A stretch of 64,000 nucleotides of DNA from Candidatus Latescibacterota bacterium (lineage in GTDB: Bacteria > Latescibacterota > UBA2968): the NCBI GenBank assembly GCA_965222605.1, contig OZ244960.1, forward strand, positions 6,016,001-6,080,000, read 5' to 3'. Shown here piece by piece: positions 47,134 through 56,282 of this stretch (its first letter is position 1; every line of letters starts with the position of its first letter). The notes below the pieces were generated by a model, which saw only the letters and a list, made by a program, of their open reading frames with translations, was not told the origin of the DNA and ran no database searches. A program made the translations under genes and the position numbers.

Positions 47134-48250
47134 ATTGACAGGGCAGGCTGTGATACCGATTGCTAAGCCCGATGGTTCTCCGTGGCCTTATCGCGTGTTT
47201 GATCCGTGTATTTGGAAGAAGGGCGATTATTATTATTCGCTTTCGGGTGGTACTTTGCCTGGGCCGGGCAAAAAGTTTAAGCGAGCCAACTTTTTGTTGC
47301 GTTCACCTGATCTCGTGAATTGGGAATTTATGCATCCGTTTGTTGAAGACGATTTGTTTACGCTGATGGGCGATGATGGGGCTTGTCCCTATTTTTGGCC
47401 GATTGGGGATCGCCATATGTTGCTCTTTTTCAGTCATATGAGTGGTGGACAGTATTTGCTGGGTGATTACGATGAAGAACGCGATAAATTTGTGGTTACT
47501 GCGCATGATAAGTTTAATTTTGGGCCATCTGTTCCGTCTGGCGTCCACGCGCCGTCGGCAACCCCCGATGGCGAAGGTAATATCATTGTGATTTTCAATA
47601 TGAACCCGGGTAAGCCGACGGATCGCTGGAATCAAATTATGACCTTGCCGCGCAAATTGACTTTGATCGGTGAGGAAGACGTGCGTGTCGAACCCGCTGG
47701 TGATGTCGAATCGCTACGGGGTGACCATGTTCATGTAGATGGCATGACTTTACCTGCCAATGAGGAGATCGTGCTTGAGGGTGTTCGTGGCAATGCGATT
47801 GAAATCGTGGCTGAGATTGATGCTAAAAACGCGTCGATGTTTGAGATGGATGTGTTGCGCTCGCCCAATAAAGAAGAAGTGACGCGTATTATGTTTTACA
47901 AGGAACGAGGTCTGCGCAAAAGGTCGTTGCCTCCGGGTCATCGAAAAGGGGTGAAGACAAACTTCCACAGCGTGCTTACGATTGATTCCTCTCTTTCTTC
48001 GAGCTTACCTGATGTGAGGATGCGTGCACCAGAAACTGGATCTTTTGTGCTCGATGAGGACGAAAAATCGCAGTTGCGTGTGTTTGTGGATAAGAGCGTG
48101 GTTGAAGTTTTTGTCAATGGCAAGCAGTATGTAGCTGTGCGCGTTTATCCTGGCCGAGAAGACAGTGTGGGTGTCTCGCTACGCTCACAGGGGCAGGATA
48201 GTGAGTTGATTTCGTTGGATGCTTATCAGATGGAAAATATCTACGAATAG
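47134..48250 (+). pseudogene. GH32-family glycosidase, 3' part
   Basis: LTG|QAVIP, VFDP, GACPYFWP, MTLPRKL, LRVFVDKSVVEVFVNG. Confidence 0.88.
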
Positions 48251-48412
48251 GAACTCTATGAGTGTGCGACGTAAGCATGCTGATTTGCTGCTGTCATTGT
48301 GGAACACATTGAGTTGGCGCTTTGTGGCGTCGACCAACCTAAGCGAATCGAACGGCTTGAACCATTGCCACAGCCATAGCTTTTTTTAACCCTTAAACCA
48401 GTTGAGTTGATT

Positions 48413-49594
48413 ATGTCAAAACACTTAAATCTAGATGAGCGGCTGCGCGTCCCCTACTCCATCGGCACGGGCATTCCCAACGATGCAGAGATTGAGGGGT
48501 ATGTGCAATCGCTGCGAACCCAAGGTTTCTGCGTCATCGAGCGGGTGATTCCCAAAGATCAGGTCGACGCGGTGCGCGAGAGTGTGCACCGGGGTCGCGA
48601 GCTGTTGCAACAGGACCGCGAGGCGGAGCGCCGCAAGCGCATAGAGCTAGAGCGTCAGAGAGACCCCGATGCCGAGATCGACGACAGCCCTGAGCGCTTC
48701 GAAAGATGGCACCAGGACCCGGTGCGGCCACCGATGGCACCGCACGCCGAGCTGTGCGATATCGCGCGGTGCGAGACCCTCGCCGAGTACCTTGCGGAGC
48801 CTCGCGTACTGCGGGTTGCCAGAGCCATGCTCGATACGCACATCCGTATTTTGCAGACGGAGGTCAGCAAGTCGTCGCAACCGGCGAAGAAACCGCTATC
48901 CGAGCAGCAGCTTAAGCACCGCGGCTGGCATTCTGACTGGCCACACGATCTGAGCGCGTATGGGCCAAACAGCGAACATCCATGGAAGCACTGCGGCGCA
49001 GTCGCCCAGCCCTTCCCCGACGTCTGTATGGCACTATCCACGGTCTGGTACCTCGGTCCGGAAGACGTGACCCCGTTCAACGGCGGCACGTGGATCGTGC
49101 CGGGGTCGCACAAAGACCCGCGTAACCCGCGAGGTCCCGACGACGGCATCGACGCGCGCGCGCCAATTCCAGGAGAATTCCAGGTCTCTGCTCCGGCGGG
49201 CTCGGTTTTTATGCAGGACACAAGGAGCTGGCACTCGACCGGGCTTAACCAGAGCGAACACGAGCGCACGGCGGTGGTGTGCCGATATGCGCCATGGTGG
49301 CTGTCTGGGAATGAGTTTGGCAACTTGCACTCGGGCGGCCACACACTAAGGACCTACGTGCCGCGAGAGGTTTTCGCCAAGTTCTCCCCGGAGCTGAAGC
49401 TGCTGTATCGGCACATCGCCGAGAGCGAGGAGGATGTGCTACAGCCCGAGAACCAGCACAAGGCGTTGCGCGCCAGGTTTGACGACCAACCGGAACTGCG
49501 CCATCCGGACCGCATCGGCGATAACAGCCACATCGTCGCCGGGGACATGAGGGTTGAGGAATGGGAACGCAGCCGCGTCCAAAACGAGCATTGA
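48413..49594 (+). CDS. PhyH-family dioxygenase (long, GC-rich variant)
   Basis: GWHSDWPHD, NGGTWIVPGSH, WHSTGLN...RTAVVCRYAPWW. Confidence 0.85.
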   Translation: MSKHLNLDERLRVPYSIGTGIPNDAEIEGYVQSLRTQGFCVIERVIPKDQVDAVRESVHRGRELLQQDREAERRKRIELERQRDPDAEIDDSPERFERWHQDPVRPPMAPHAELCDIARCETLAEYLAEPRVLRVARAMLDTHIRILQTEVSKSSQPAKKPLSEQQLKHRGWHSDWPHDLSAYGPNSEHPWKHCGAVAQPFPDVCMALSTVWYLGPEDVTPFNGGTWIVPGSHKDPRNPRGPDDGIDARAPIPGEFQVSAPAGSVFMQDTRSWHSTGLNQSEHERTAVVCRYAPWWLSGNEFGNLHSGGHTLRTYVPREVFAKFSPELKLLYRHIAESEEDVLQPENQHKALRARFDDQPELRHPDRIGDNSHIVAGDMRVEEWERSRVQNEH

Positions 49595-49726
49595 GCTTTC
49601 TAAACGCAGAATAAATCCGTTTGGTGGCCTGTTGATACAGTGTTTGGAAGATGAGTCCAGGCGGTTTATTCTGTTTTGTCAGCTCGAAGATCATGCATTT
49701 GTCTGTTCTGCGTATAAGGAGGGAAG

Positions 49727-49855
49727 ATGGCAAACCAAAAGCCCAATGTGATTTTGATTTTTTGTGATGATTTGGGATATGGCGATTTAGGTTGTTTTGG
49801 TTCGGAAGTAAATGCAACGCCCAGGCTGGATCAGATGGCTGAGGGAGGGATGTAG
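49727..49855 (+). pseudogene. Sulfatase N-terminal remnant (42 aa)
   Basis: [25 protein letters not shown]...[12 protein letters not shown]; RBS AAGGAGG. Confidence 0.85.
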
Positions 49856-49858
49856 AGA

Positions 49859-50275
49859 ATGGGTGCGTTTTATATACCCGAAGATGCGGAGGAGCAGTTT
49901 GAAGAGCGCGGTTATTTTGTGGTTCGAAATCTGATTTCAGCCCGAGCCGTTGAGGCGGTGCGAAGCGAACTTGAACGGGTTATTAAAGAAAAACCTGAAG
50001 GGTTTAAACTAACCACTGATAGATCAGACAGCGCAGATTTGGAAGGTGATGAGGCCGTATGGGCTGTTGGGGATCGCGATCTGCACAGCCCGGTTCTTTG
50101 GGAGGAGTGGCTGACCGCAGAAAACGTGATTGCAATGAACCGACGCTTTCTGGGTGAAAATGTTCGCGTTCAGGGCACGCGTTTTTTTACCAAACAGGCC
50201 CGAATGGGTGAATCTGTGCCCTGGCATCAGGACATTTGGTTGTGGGAGCGCGATGCGTCACGTGGCATCAGACCG
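49859..50275 (+). pseudogene. 3'-truncated paralog of the PhyH gene at 38992
   Basis: Closely matching protein up to WHQDIWLWERDASRGIRP, then homology stops; distal His is missing. Confidence 0.85.
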
Positions 50276-50549
50276 CCGAGGGGGTGGGGTGGCTTATGGT
50301 CGTGATCACAACCCAACGGCGATGCCAATGTGGTTTGCAGGTGGGGGCGTGAATGCGGGACATGTGATTGGGGCAACCGATGAGATTGGCGAAAAAGCAG
50401 TCGATGTGGTGCATCCCATCCAGGACGTTCATGTGACGATTCTGAGACTTTTGGGGTTGGATGATAATAAGCTCACGTATTTTTACGCTGGACGATATAT
50501 GCAACTGTCGCAGACGGGTGGCAGCGTGATTGAAGAATTGATCGGGTGA
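50276..50549 (+). pseudogene. DUF1501-family C-terminal remnant
   Basis: GRDHNP...WFAGGGV..GHVIGATDEIG...DVHVTILRLLGLD...LTYFYAGR. Confidence 0.8.
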
Positions 50550-50625
50550 ATATACATGAAAAATCTACAGGGAAAAGCATTGACATGATTGTTTGATTTG
50601 GCATAATAGGTTGAGCTTAAGATCC

Positions 50626-50660
50626 AAAAAAGGCTGCGAAATAATTTCGCAGCCTTTTTA
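50626..50660. terminator. Bidirectional terminator hairpin
   Basis: AAAAAGGCTGCGAAA-taa-TTTCGCAGCCTTTTT. Confidence 0.8.
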
Positions 50661-50689
50661 ATTTTTTAAAACAGTATGTTATGCTTTGA

Positions 50690-50720
50690 GGTTCCGGTGG
50701 CGGGACTTGAATCTGCGACC
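50690..50720 (-). other. Degenerate tRNA 3'-half (possible att remnant)
   Basis: Minus strand GGTCGCAGATTCAAGTCCCGCCACCGGAACC resembles a T-arm plus acceptor strand; T-stem mismatched; no 5' half. Confidence 0.5.
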
Positions 50721-50725
50721 CTATT

Positions 50726-51565
50726 CTACCAACGCCTCTTCAGCGAATCGTGGACACTGACCTCCAGGTGGGGACCGAATCCCTCGACCTCCAACTGGAC
50801 CTTGAAGCCATCCTGAATCGGTGACAGGGCTTCGTGATGGGTGCCGGTTGCAACGACATCCCCTGGCTCAAGGGTGATAACCCTGGTGATTTCCTCCAGC
50901 AACTCGGGAATGTGGCGGGCCATTTCGCCTGTAGAAAAATCGTGTTTGAGGGTGTTGTTGACCCATAGCTTCACTGAAAGGTCATTTGGATTTGATACCT
51001 CATCGGCCGTCACCAAAGCTGGTCCCAGGGGAGCAAATGTGTGCCAGCTTTTTCCCAGGAAGAAGCCACCGGGCAATCCTCGAGCCGAAACATCTATGAA
51101 CTGTGTGTAACCAAAGACGTAGTCCAGCGCGTCGGCCTGTGAGAGGTGGCTGGCTCTCTTGCCGATTACCAGAGCCAATTCTGGCTCAAAATGGAAAACA
51201 CTCGCTTCGGCGGCCGGGAGTTCAACCATACTGCCAGTAGGCATCACGCTGGTGTTGGCCTTGAGAAATCCATTGAACAGACCTCGCTCCGGCTGCCCCG
51301 GCTCGATATAATTACCGGCCGTACACATGAGCTGGCCGGGCCGGGGCAGGGGCGATTGCAAAGTCACCATATCGAGGGCGACACCATTTCCACCTTCTAT
51401 GGCACTCTCGATCCTGGACTGCATGGCATCCCAATTGTTAATAATCATCTGCATCATTTCTTGAGCGTTGTGATGGCCCAGGTCTGCGACTGAATCACCA
51501 ACTGGAACAACCGTATCGCCCTGCAAAACACCCAGTTGGAAATCATTATAGAGTACGAGTTTCAT
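50726..51565 (-). CDS. Fumarylacetoacetate hydrolase family protein
   Basis: HFEPELALVIGK, DVSAR, GKSWHTFAPLGP, LEPGDVVATGT. Confidence 0.9.
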   Translation of the reverse strand: MKLVLYNDFQLGVLQGDTVVPVGDSVADLGHHNAQEMMQMIINNWDAMQSRIESAIEGGNGVALDMVTLQSPLPRPGQLMCTAGNYIEPGQPERGLFNGFLKANTSVMPTGSMVELPAAEASVFHFEPELALVIGKRASHLSQADALDYVFGYTQFIDVSARGLPGGFFLGKSWHTFAPLGPALVTADEVSNPNDLSVKLWVNNTLKHDFSTGEMARHIPELLEEITRVITLEPGDVVATGTHHEALSPIQDGFKVQLEVEGFGPHLEVSVHDSLKRRW

Positions 51566-51846
51566 GAGAATCTCCTTCAAAAGAATGATATTAATCCGAA
51601 TTTAGAGGTCGGATGGGCTATGCCTGACTGATCACCAATGCATTTACAGAGTGCGGAGAGAGCGATATCTTAAAGTTGGATGATGTCAGTTGCATTCGAG
51701 TCCAGTAAGCAGAGCCAATATAAGACATTTTCCCGGGTATTGAAAATCTGAATTTTCATAAAAAAGAGGATGGCTTGCGATTTCTTTCACAGGTACTATA
51801 TTGAGAGGTCATTATTTATATATACATGCTGATTTCCCTTATTAAA

Positions 51847-51891
51847 GAAACGATCGATTCATAGAGGTCTTGGCAAAGAAACGATCGTTTC
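51847..51891. promoter_or_regulatory. Tandem palindromic operator pair
   Basis: GAAACGATCGATTC (51847-51860) and perfect GAAACGATCGTTTC (51878-51891), 31 bp apart. Confidence 0.7.
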
Positions 51892-51925
51892 CTTAATTCT
51901 GACTCATGAAAGGCTATATAGCGAT

Positions 51926-53494
51926 ATGAACTACGACTACATCATAATTGGCGCGGGATCGGCAGGGTGTGCTGTTGCTGATCGTTTGAGTGAAAGTAGG
52001 CAGTATCGCGTTTTATTGCTGGAAGCCGGTGGACCAGACGATCGGGACGCGATTCACATTCCTGCGCGATTTCCAGATCTGTTTCATACAGATAAAGATT
52101 GGGATTACGAAACCACACCGCAAGCCGGGTTTAATGGGCGGCAGGATTACGTGCCGCGCGGGAAAATGTATGGCGGTTCAAGTTCTATCAATGCGATGGT
52201 CTATCAGCGAGGTCATCCGAGCAATTACGATCAGTGGGCTGCGATGGGGAATGACGGCTGGGCGTATATTGATGTATTGCCCTATTTCAAGAAGATGCAG
52301 CACCAGACGCGGGGTGGCTCTGAACATCACGGGATAGAAGGCCCGATCCATGTGTCAGATCCTCGGGATCCAAATCCACTGAGTGTGGCGTTTGTCGAAG
52401 CGGCTCAGCAGGTGGGGTTTTGTTTGAATCGAGACTTTAATGACGGGGATCAGGAAGGATTTGGCCTGTATCAGGTTACACAGAAGGAAGGCCAGAGGTG
52501 CAGCGCAGCGGTGGGGTATTTGCATCCGGCATTGGAACGAGACAACTTCACCGCGATTCCATACGCCCACGTTACACGCCTTGAATTTGACGGAAACAGG
52601 TGTGTTGGTGTTCATTATGTGCGCGAAGGGAAGGCGCAGGAGGTTGAGGCTGGTAGAGAAGTGGTACTTTGTGGCGGGGCAATCAATTCGCCTCAGTTGC
52701 TGATGCTGTCGGGCATTGGTCCGCCAGAACACCTCAACGCGCTGAGTATTCCGGTTGTAAAGGCATTGCCAGGCGTGGGACAAAATTTGATGGAGCACGT
52801 TCAGGTAGGGGTTGCGTATGCCTGTAATGAGGAGATTACGCAGGCTGGTAAAGACAACCCTGAGCAAGCGATCAGATATCAGAACGAAAGAATGGGGTTG
52901 CTCACTTCCAATTTGGGTGAAGCTGGCGGGTTTGTGAAATTGTCTGCCGATGCGTCTGCGCCAGAATTGCAATTTCATTTTGGACCTGATTGGTTTGTTT
53001 TGCACGGGTTTCAAGAGATGGAAGGACACGGATTCACAATTCTTCCAGGACTGGTGGGCACAAAAAGCGTGGGAGACCTTAAGCTGCGTTCGGCAGATCC
53101 GTTTGAAGCACCATTGATCAATCCCCAATTCCTGGTTGACGAGGCAGATGTGCGTGTGATGCTGAAAGGTGTTAAATTGGCGCGCAAAATTGCACGGGCA
53201 TCAGCTTTTGACCGATACCGCGGGCAAGAGTTTTTGCCGGGGGATGATGTGCAGGATGATCATGCACTGGTTGACTTTATTCGCAATTATTCAACGAGCA
53301 TTTATCATCCGGTGGGTACGTGTAAGATGGGCAACGATGATATGGCCGTGGTGAACAACCGACTTCAGGTACACGGAATTGAGGGGTTGCGCATAGCAGA
53401 TGCTTCGATTATGCCATTCATTGTCAATGCAAATACCAACGCGCCCTGTATGATGATCGGGGAGAAAGCCGCAGATATGATTCTGGGTGACTAA
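51926..53494 (+). CDS. GMC oxidoreductase (choline dehydrogenase-like)
   Basis: IIIGAGSAG, RGKMYGGSSSINAM, YHPVGTCKMG, NTNAPCMMIGEK. Confidence 0.93.
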   Translation: MNYDYIIIGAGSAGCAVADRLSESRQYRVLLLEAGGPDDRDAIHIPARFPDLFHTDKDWDYETTPQAGFNGRQDYVPRGKMYGGSSSINAMVYQRGHPSNYDQWAAMGNDGWAYIDVLPYFKKMQHQTRGGSEHHGIEGPIHVSDPRDPNPLSVAFVEAAQQVGFCLNRDFNDGDQEGFGLYQVTQKEGQRCSAAVGYLHPALERDNFTAIPYAHVTRLEFDGNRCVGVHYVREGKAQEVEAGREVVLCGGAINSPQLLMLSGIGPPEHLNALSIPVVKALPGVGQNLMEHVQVGVAYACNEEITQAGKDNPEQAIRYQNERMGLLTSNLGEAGGFVKLSADASAPELQFHFGPDWFVLHGFQEMEGHGFTILPGLVGTKSVGDLKLRSADPFEAPLINPQFLVDEADVRVMLKGVKLARKIARASAFDRYRGQEFLPGDDVQDDHALVDFIRNYSTSIYHPVGTCKMGNDDMAVVNNRLQVHGIEGLRIADASIMPFIVNANTNAPCMMIGEKAADMILGD

Positions 53495-53537
53495 ATTCAC
53501 TCGAAGGCATTGCTGGGTAAATAAGAAAGGATCCTGT

Positions 53538-55025
53538 ATGGCAGAGAAACCCAATGTGATCGTAATTTTTACAGATGATCAGGGATATGGTGACGCGAGT
53601 TGCTTGAATCCAGATGCGAAGTTTCAAACGCCAAATCTGGATCGGTTAGCAGCAGAAGGGATCGCTTTTACCAATGGGCATTGCTCAGATACGGTTTGCA
53701 CACCTTCACGTTATGGATTGCTGACTGGACGCTATTCCTGGCGGACGTTGAAGAAACAGGGCGTTTTTCCCGCCGAAGTGCCGTGTCTGATTACAGACGA
53801 ACGCATGACGCTGGCTTCAATGTTTGGGGCAATTGGATATGATACGGCGATGGTGGGCAAGTGGCATCTGGGTATGAATTTTCCTGGCGAGGTGGGCAAT
53901 CGCGATTGGAGTCAGCCTGTTACCGATATGCCGTTGGATAAGAGTTTTGATTATTTCTATGGCATACCCGCTTCGCTCAATTACGGAATTCTCGCCTGGT
54001 TTGAAGGGCGATATGCCAAAGTACCGCCGACAGTTTATACGGCTAAGAAACCCAATAACCGGCATGTGGATTATCGCATCATGCCGCCGTATGAGAACAC
54101 ACCTGAAGAAACGCTTGAAGCATTGGGCACAATGGGGATGGAGGTTGCGCCTGATTTTATTGACAATGAGTGTTTGACACGGTTTACCGATAAGGCGATT
54201 GAGTGGATGCAGGGCAAAGAAGCAAGCGTCAAAAGTGGTAAGCCGTTTTTTTTGTACCTGCCATTTACATCGCCGCACTATCCCGTATGCCCGCGTGAGG
54301 AATTTTGGAATCAGGGCGATTGTGGTGGCTATGGGGAGTTTGTGATTGAGACAGATCACCATGTAGGGCGCGTGCTGAATTATCTGGAACAGTCGGGATT
54401 GGATGACAATACTATTGTTGCATACGCCAGTGATAATGGCCCTGAGAATTCGTGGCGTGGACGGATTGAAGAATTTGGTCATCATAGCAATGGTATTTAT
54501 CGCGGAGGTAAAAGGGATATTTACGAAGGTGGACATCGTGTGCCATTTTTTATGCGGTGGCCCAAAGGCATTCAGAATCCCGGGCGCAAATGTGATGATC
54601 TGGTAGGCCTGGTCGATTTGATGGCGACTTTTGTTGAGGTTGTGGGTGCCGAGTTGCCTGCTGATGCGGGCGAAGATAGCCAGAGTTTTGCGAAGATACT
54701 CAGTGATTCTGACACACCCCATGAACGATTGCCTTTGATTAACCATGGTGCTGGGGGACGGTTTGCGATTACAGAAGGCACGTGGAAGCTGATTATGGCG
54801 CACAAGGATGAGCCGTTGGAGCTTTATGATCTCGCGAATGATCATAGTGAGGCAAAAAACGTGATTGGTGATCACCCTGAGATTGTAGCAGACCTGACCG
54901 ATAAAATTACAAGCATTGTGTGCAATGGGCGTACGACCCCTGGAGAGAATCAGGCGAACGATACCGATTACTGGGATGATTTGACGTGGATTTCATCTGA
55001 GGATTATCGGGCAAGGCAACATTAA
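53538..55025 (+). CDS. Arylsulfatase (Cys-type)
   Basis: KPNVIVIFTDDQGYGD, CTPSRYGLLTG, GKWHLG, SDNGP, YEGGHRVP. Confidence 0.93.
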   Translation: MAEKPNVIVIFTDDQGYGDASCLNPDAKFQTPNLDRLAAEGIAFTNGHCSDTVCTPSRYGLLTGRYSWRTLKKQGVFPAEVPCLITDERMTLASMFGAIGYDTAMVGKWHLGMNFPGEVGNRDWSQPVTDMPLDKSFDYFYGIPASLNYGILAWFEGRYAKVPPTVYTAKKPNNRHVDYRIMPPYENTPEETLEALGTMGMEVAPDFIDNECLTRFTDKAIEWMQGKEASVKSGKPFFLYLPFTSPHYPVCPREEFWNQGDCGGYGEFVIETDHHVGRVLNYLEQSGLDDNTIVAYASDNGPENSWRGRIEEFGHHSNGIYRGGKRDIYEGGHRVPFFMRWPKGIQNPGRKCDDLVGLVDLMATFVEVVGAELPADAGEDSQSFAKILSDSDTPHERLPLINHGAGGRFAITEGTWKLIMAHKDEPLELYDLANDHSEAKNVIGDHPEIVADLTDKITSIVCNGRTTPGENQANDTDYWDDLTWISSEDYRARQH

Positions 55026-55040
55026 AGAAAGGATTAAGAC

Positions 55041-55385
55041 ATGAATCAACCCCTGGAGTTGAAGAGATATTTTTGGGACGCAGTTGTTGCAACCATGTTT
55101 TGCTCGTTGGTTACCACATCAGAAACAGGTGCACAACCTGGCGTAAGTGAAGATGCAGGTACAAAGGATGCAGAAGACTGGGTTGAACGTTACGAATCTC
55201 ACGTTTTCAACGAGATGCCATATCGGCTGTTGAAGCCCATAGATTTTGATTCGGACAAGCGCTACCCTGTTATCGTTTCATTGCATGGTGGAGGTGGCCG
55301 AGGGACAGATAATCGAAAACAATTGCGTGCCTGGAATAAACCTCTTGCAGACGAGCAGATGCGAACAGATTATCCCTCGCTGTGA
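55041..55385 (+). pseudogene. 3'-truncated secreted alpha/beta hydrolase (predicted peptidase/esterase)
   Basis: MPYRLLKP...RYPVIVSLHGGGGRGTDN; ends before any GxSxG nucleophile motif. Confidence 0.7.
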
Positions 55386-55581
55386 GTAGATTTTTTCGCA
55401 CTTGATGAAGAACAGCATGTTCATATCTCGGAATGTAAATTGAACATTGTGTTGCAAATGACGGTTTATTTTTTTGTCATTTAATTCATAAATATATATA
55501 AATAAAAGATTTGAAAAATCTCTCGATCAACGGCACCGATTTTGCCTGATGTCGTGGAAAACAATATCAGGGAGATGGGAT

Positions 55582-56274
55582 ATGAATGGCTTGGTGAAAA
55601 ACAGAGGAGGTATCGCAGGCGTGGCGGATGTGGATATGCCACGAGAAAAACTCGAGCGTTTGGGACCAGAGGGATTGCGCGATGATGAGTTGCTGGCGAT
55701 TTTGCTGCGAACGGGATACGAAGGCCGAAATGTGCTGGAATTTTCGCGTGCGATATTCAATCGCTTTTCAGTTAAAGAACTCGTGGATATGGATGTGAAA
55801 AAGCTCACGACAATCAAGGGAATCGGCCGGGCAAAAGCCGCGGGTTTGGTTGCGGGATTTGAACTGGCAAAACGGGGGCTTAACCAGGGGATGGGGATTG
55901 AGCCTACTATTACCAGCCCAGCCGATGTTTTGGGGCTGCTGACAGATATCAAAGATCTGCGCAAGGAATATTTTGTGGCGCTTTTTCTCAATGCGCGAAA
56001 TCAGGTGATTTGCCGCGAAAATGTGTCGGTTGGCTCGCTCAACGCCTCACTCGTGCATCCGCGAGAGGTGTTTGTCCCTGCCGTGGGGTCGTCTGCTGCA
56101 AGTGTGATTTTGGCACACAACCACCCCAGCGGCGATGTGACACCGAGCCGAGAAGATATTGAACTCACGCGCCGTATGGTGCAGGCCGGTGAGATTATGG
56201 GGATCGAGGTGTTGGACCATCTGATCGTCGGGTCAGAGCGGTTCTTGAGTATGAAAGAGGCGAATGTTTTTTAG
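55582..56274 (+). CDS. radC: RadC (UPF0758, JAB domain) protein
   Basis: PREKLERLG, LVHPREVF, AHNHPSGD..PSREDI, LDHLIVG; alternative GTG start at 55621. Confidence 0.93.
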   Translation: MNGLVKNRGGIAGVADVDMPREKLERLGPEGLRDDELLAILLRTGYEGRNVLEFSRAIFNRFSVKELVDMDVKKLTTIKGIGRAKAAGLVAGFELAKRGLNQGMGIEPTITSPADVLGLLTDIKDLRKEYFVALFLNARNQVICRENVSVGSLNASLVHPREVFVPAVGSSAASVILAHNHPSGDVTPSREDIELTRRMVQAGEIMGIEVLDHLIVGSERFLSMKEANVF

Positions 56275-56282
56275 GTGGTGAT

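Noticed and set aside
55410-55456. GAAC-N5-GTTC near radC as an SOS box
   Set aside because: The Gram-positive box is GAAC-N4-GTTC; spacing is wrong and the lineage's LexA motif is unknown to me
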